From NCBI GenBank assembly GCA_965215125.1, contig OZ244052.1:2080001-2144000 (forward strand): a DNA stretch of 64,000 bases, written 5' to 3'. How positions within the stretch are numbered: position 1 is the stretch's first letter; the number at the start of each line of letters is the position of its first letter. Under the pieces are notes generated by a model. That model was not told the DNA's origin. It worked only from the letters and a program-made list of their open reading frames with translations, and did not search any database. The translations under genes and the position numbers were made by a program. Below are positions 59,701-62,700 of this stretch, in pieces. The DNA is from an uncultured candidatus Porisulfidus sp. GTDB lineage: Bacteria; Pseudomonadota; Gammaproteobacteria; Poriferisulfidales; Oxydemutatoraceae.

Positions 59701-62700
59701 CCGAATTACGGAGCTTGCAACTACGAGATACGGAAAACACCGACTTGCTTGCAGGAGTTTTTGCTACCGATACGCTAAGCTACGATATTGATGTTGCCAA
59801 CGATAACAATTTCATCGCCTTGATACTGGGGCCGCAGGACGATAATGTTTCCGGTATTACTTGGAACGGTGTGCCGTTGAGTTTAAGTGGGCTAAAAACC
59901 ACAGGCCTTGTTACCAGTCCGTCGCGTCGCTTGGCGATAGGCGAGAATGAAATAAAATTGAAAATAATCGCACACAACGAGATGAGCTCGCAGACTTATA
60001 CACTTAGAATCGATCGTGCGCCGAGTTCCAATGCCAGATTAGATAGTTTTCAAATCACGCCGTTTTCCGAGGGCGTTCCCAACCCTCCGGTGTCTCCGCA
60101 GAATTTTAATGCCGAAACACTATCGTACACCTTGCCCAAGCAGGAAAACGAGATAAATTGCATTACGGTGACCCCGGTGGCGGTGGATGACGAAGCAACC
60201 CTTGAAATTACTAAAAACGGAGATATCCCCGAAACGGATTACTTTGCCGGCAAGAACAATCGCGAGTCGAGCGGCTGTATAGATTTGAACATAGGGGAAA
60301 ATACGATCGTAATCCAAGTGACCGCATCCGATAAAACAACGGTTCGCCCCTATACGATAAGCATAGCCCGCAAGGCGAGTTCCAATACCGATTTGAGCGC
60401 ACCCCCGACGGTTTCGGGGACTACGGCAACCAGAGTTATCGGAACCGATAACTATACTGCGATGCTCGACAGAAATACAACGAGTTTTTCGGTATCGGTG
60501 GCAACCGCTCATCCGAACGCAACGGTGTTGATTAGAACCACCGACAACGACGAGGCGGGTCCCAGCCGAACTGCGTCCATAGATAGCATTCCTATAAGCG
60601 TTGCCGAACCGGTGCAAGAGATTACTATTATTGTGACGGCACAGGACGGCACACCCAAAGAATACACACTGACCGTTAGGCTGATACTGAACATGGATGC
60701 GAGTTTGGAGCGTATAACCGTAGCCGGTACTCCTGCAGTTAGGCAAGCCGATGGAACTTATACCGCGACTGTAGGCGATAATGTGGCGAATGTTTCGGTG
60801 ACCGCAGTTGCGAGAGATTCACTTGCAACGGTAGAGATTAAAGAAGTTGGCACTACGCCCACGAGCGGAACGAGGTCGGCGACGAAGCGTGTTAGCCTAG
60901 CCGAGACCGGAGACAGTAAAACCATAGAAATTGAAGTGACTGCGCAAGATGTCAGGATCGTTGAAAATTATCCTTTGACTATCACTCGCGCAGAAAGTAG
61001 CAATGATTGTTTGGAGGCTTTGGCGATTCTAAACAGCGCAGATAATAGTCGTGCGGCGGGTAGAACCCTCGGCAGCTGCAACGATACAAAGCAATCTTTT
61101 AATATAGCCAATTCGGTGGCACGGATACTGATCCAAGCGACTGCGGAAAACAATAGGGCGAATATCACGGTACGTGTGCCGGGCGACACCGCCGGTGAAC
61201 AGGTTTCAAGCGGTGAGAACAGTACTAAAGCTGTAGCCGTACCCGAAGGCGGCACGACGACGATTACGGCTGTGGTGACTGCCCAAAACGGTGCAACCAG
61301 CCGAACCTATACCGTGGCGGTGAAACGCGCCGCAAGTTCCGATACCGATTTGAAAAATTTGCAGGTGTTGGCAAACAATGTAAACCAGCTAACAACTTTC
61401 AGTAGTGAAAAAGAGACCCACGATGTAGATGTTTCTAATGCAATTACTCGTGCGACGGTAATTATTGAGACTCACTCACAGGCGAAGATTAAACTGAATA
61501 TAGACGGTGCGGAAGATATTGCTACCGGCACCGGTATGATTAGTACCGAATTTGAGTTGAAAGGCACCGGGACGACAAATCGTATTCGGGTTCGTATCGT
61601 GATAACCCCTCAAGATGAAAGTACTACCCGAGGCTACACCGTGTTCGTGACACGCGCCGACCCGGATAGCACGAATGCAGACTTAGGAACGATCGGGTTT
61701 GAGGTAGATAGAGACCAAGATGGCACTTATACGCCGCTGCCGGTGACAGTGACTGCCCCCGAAGAGGAGGGCAGCACAACCTATTCTGCACTTATCAGAG
61801 GAATAGCGGGGCTCGAAGTTCAGAATATAATTCGCATTAGGGTATCGCCGCGAGCTTTCGACGGTGCCGCAACGGTCAGTATAAACGGGGGGACGGCAGT
61901 GTCTGCGCCGAGCCTGAATTTGATGCTTGACGCGGCGTTGGATCAGGAGGAAGAGGCTATATCTATCAAAGTCATTGCCGAGAACCCCACGACATCTAGA
62001 ACCTATAGCCTGCTAATAACCCGAGAGAGTAGTTCGGATACCGGATTGCGTTCGTTGACAATCGGCGGTGGTGCATTGCAACTAGACGACGCAACAACCG
62101 AATATACTGCGACCATAGCCGAGAATGTGGAGAATACCATCATGAGTGCGAGTGCGAGACATTCATCGGCAACACTAATCCTCCGTGAGCAAGGGGATAC
62201 TACTCGGGTTGACAGTAGATCACGCAGTGTAAGCAGACTAATCAACATAGCCGATACCGGGGATCGTAGGACTTTTGAAATCATCGTGACTGCCCAAAAC
62301 CGACGCACGACCCGAGCATATACCGTGCGAGTGAACCGCAATCCGAGTACCGATGTGAGCTTGAATATTGCTGTGGGCGGTACTCCTGCGCTTAGGCGGA
62401 CCGACGGAACTTATACTGCGAGTATAGGTGAGCGTACGACGAATACTACTGTGGTCTTAACCGCCGGTAACAGATTTGCCATGGTCGAAGTTATGGGAGA
62501 CGGCATTAGCTCCGAGAGCGACATCGGGCGTTTAAGCAAGCAAGTTGCTATAGACAACCCCGGAGAAACGAGCGAATTACGGATTACCGTGACTCCACAA
62601 GCCGCCGGTATCGAAGCGCAGGATTATACTTTGACGGTGCGTCGCGACCGGAGTACCGATGCGAGTTTATCCCGATTGGAATTGCTCCCGCAACCGCCGA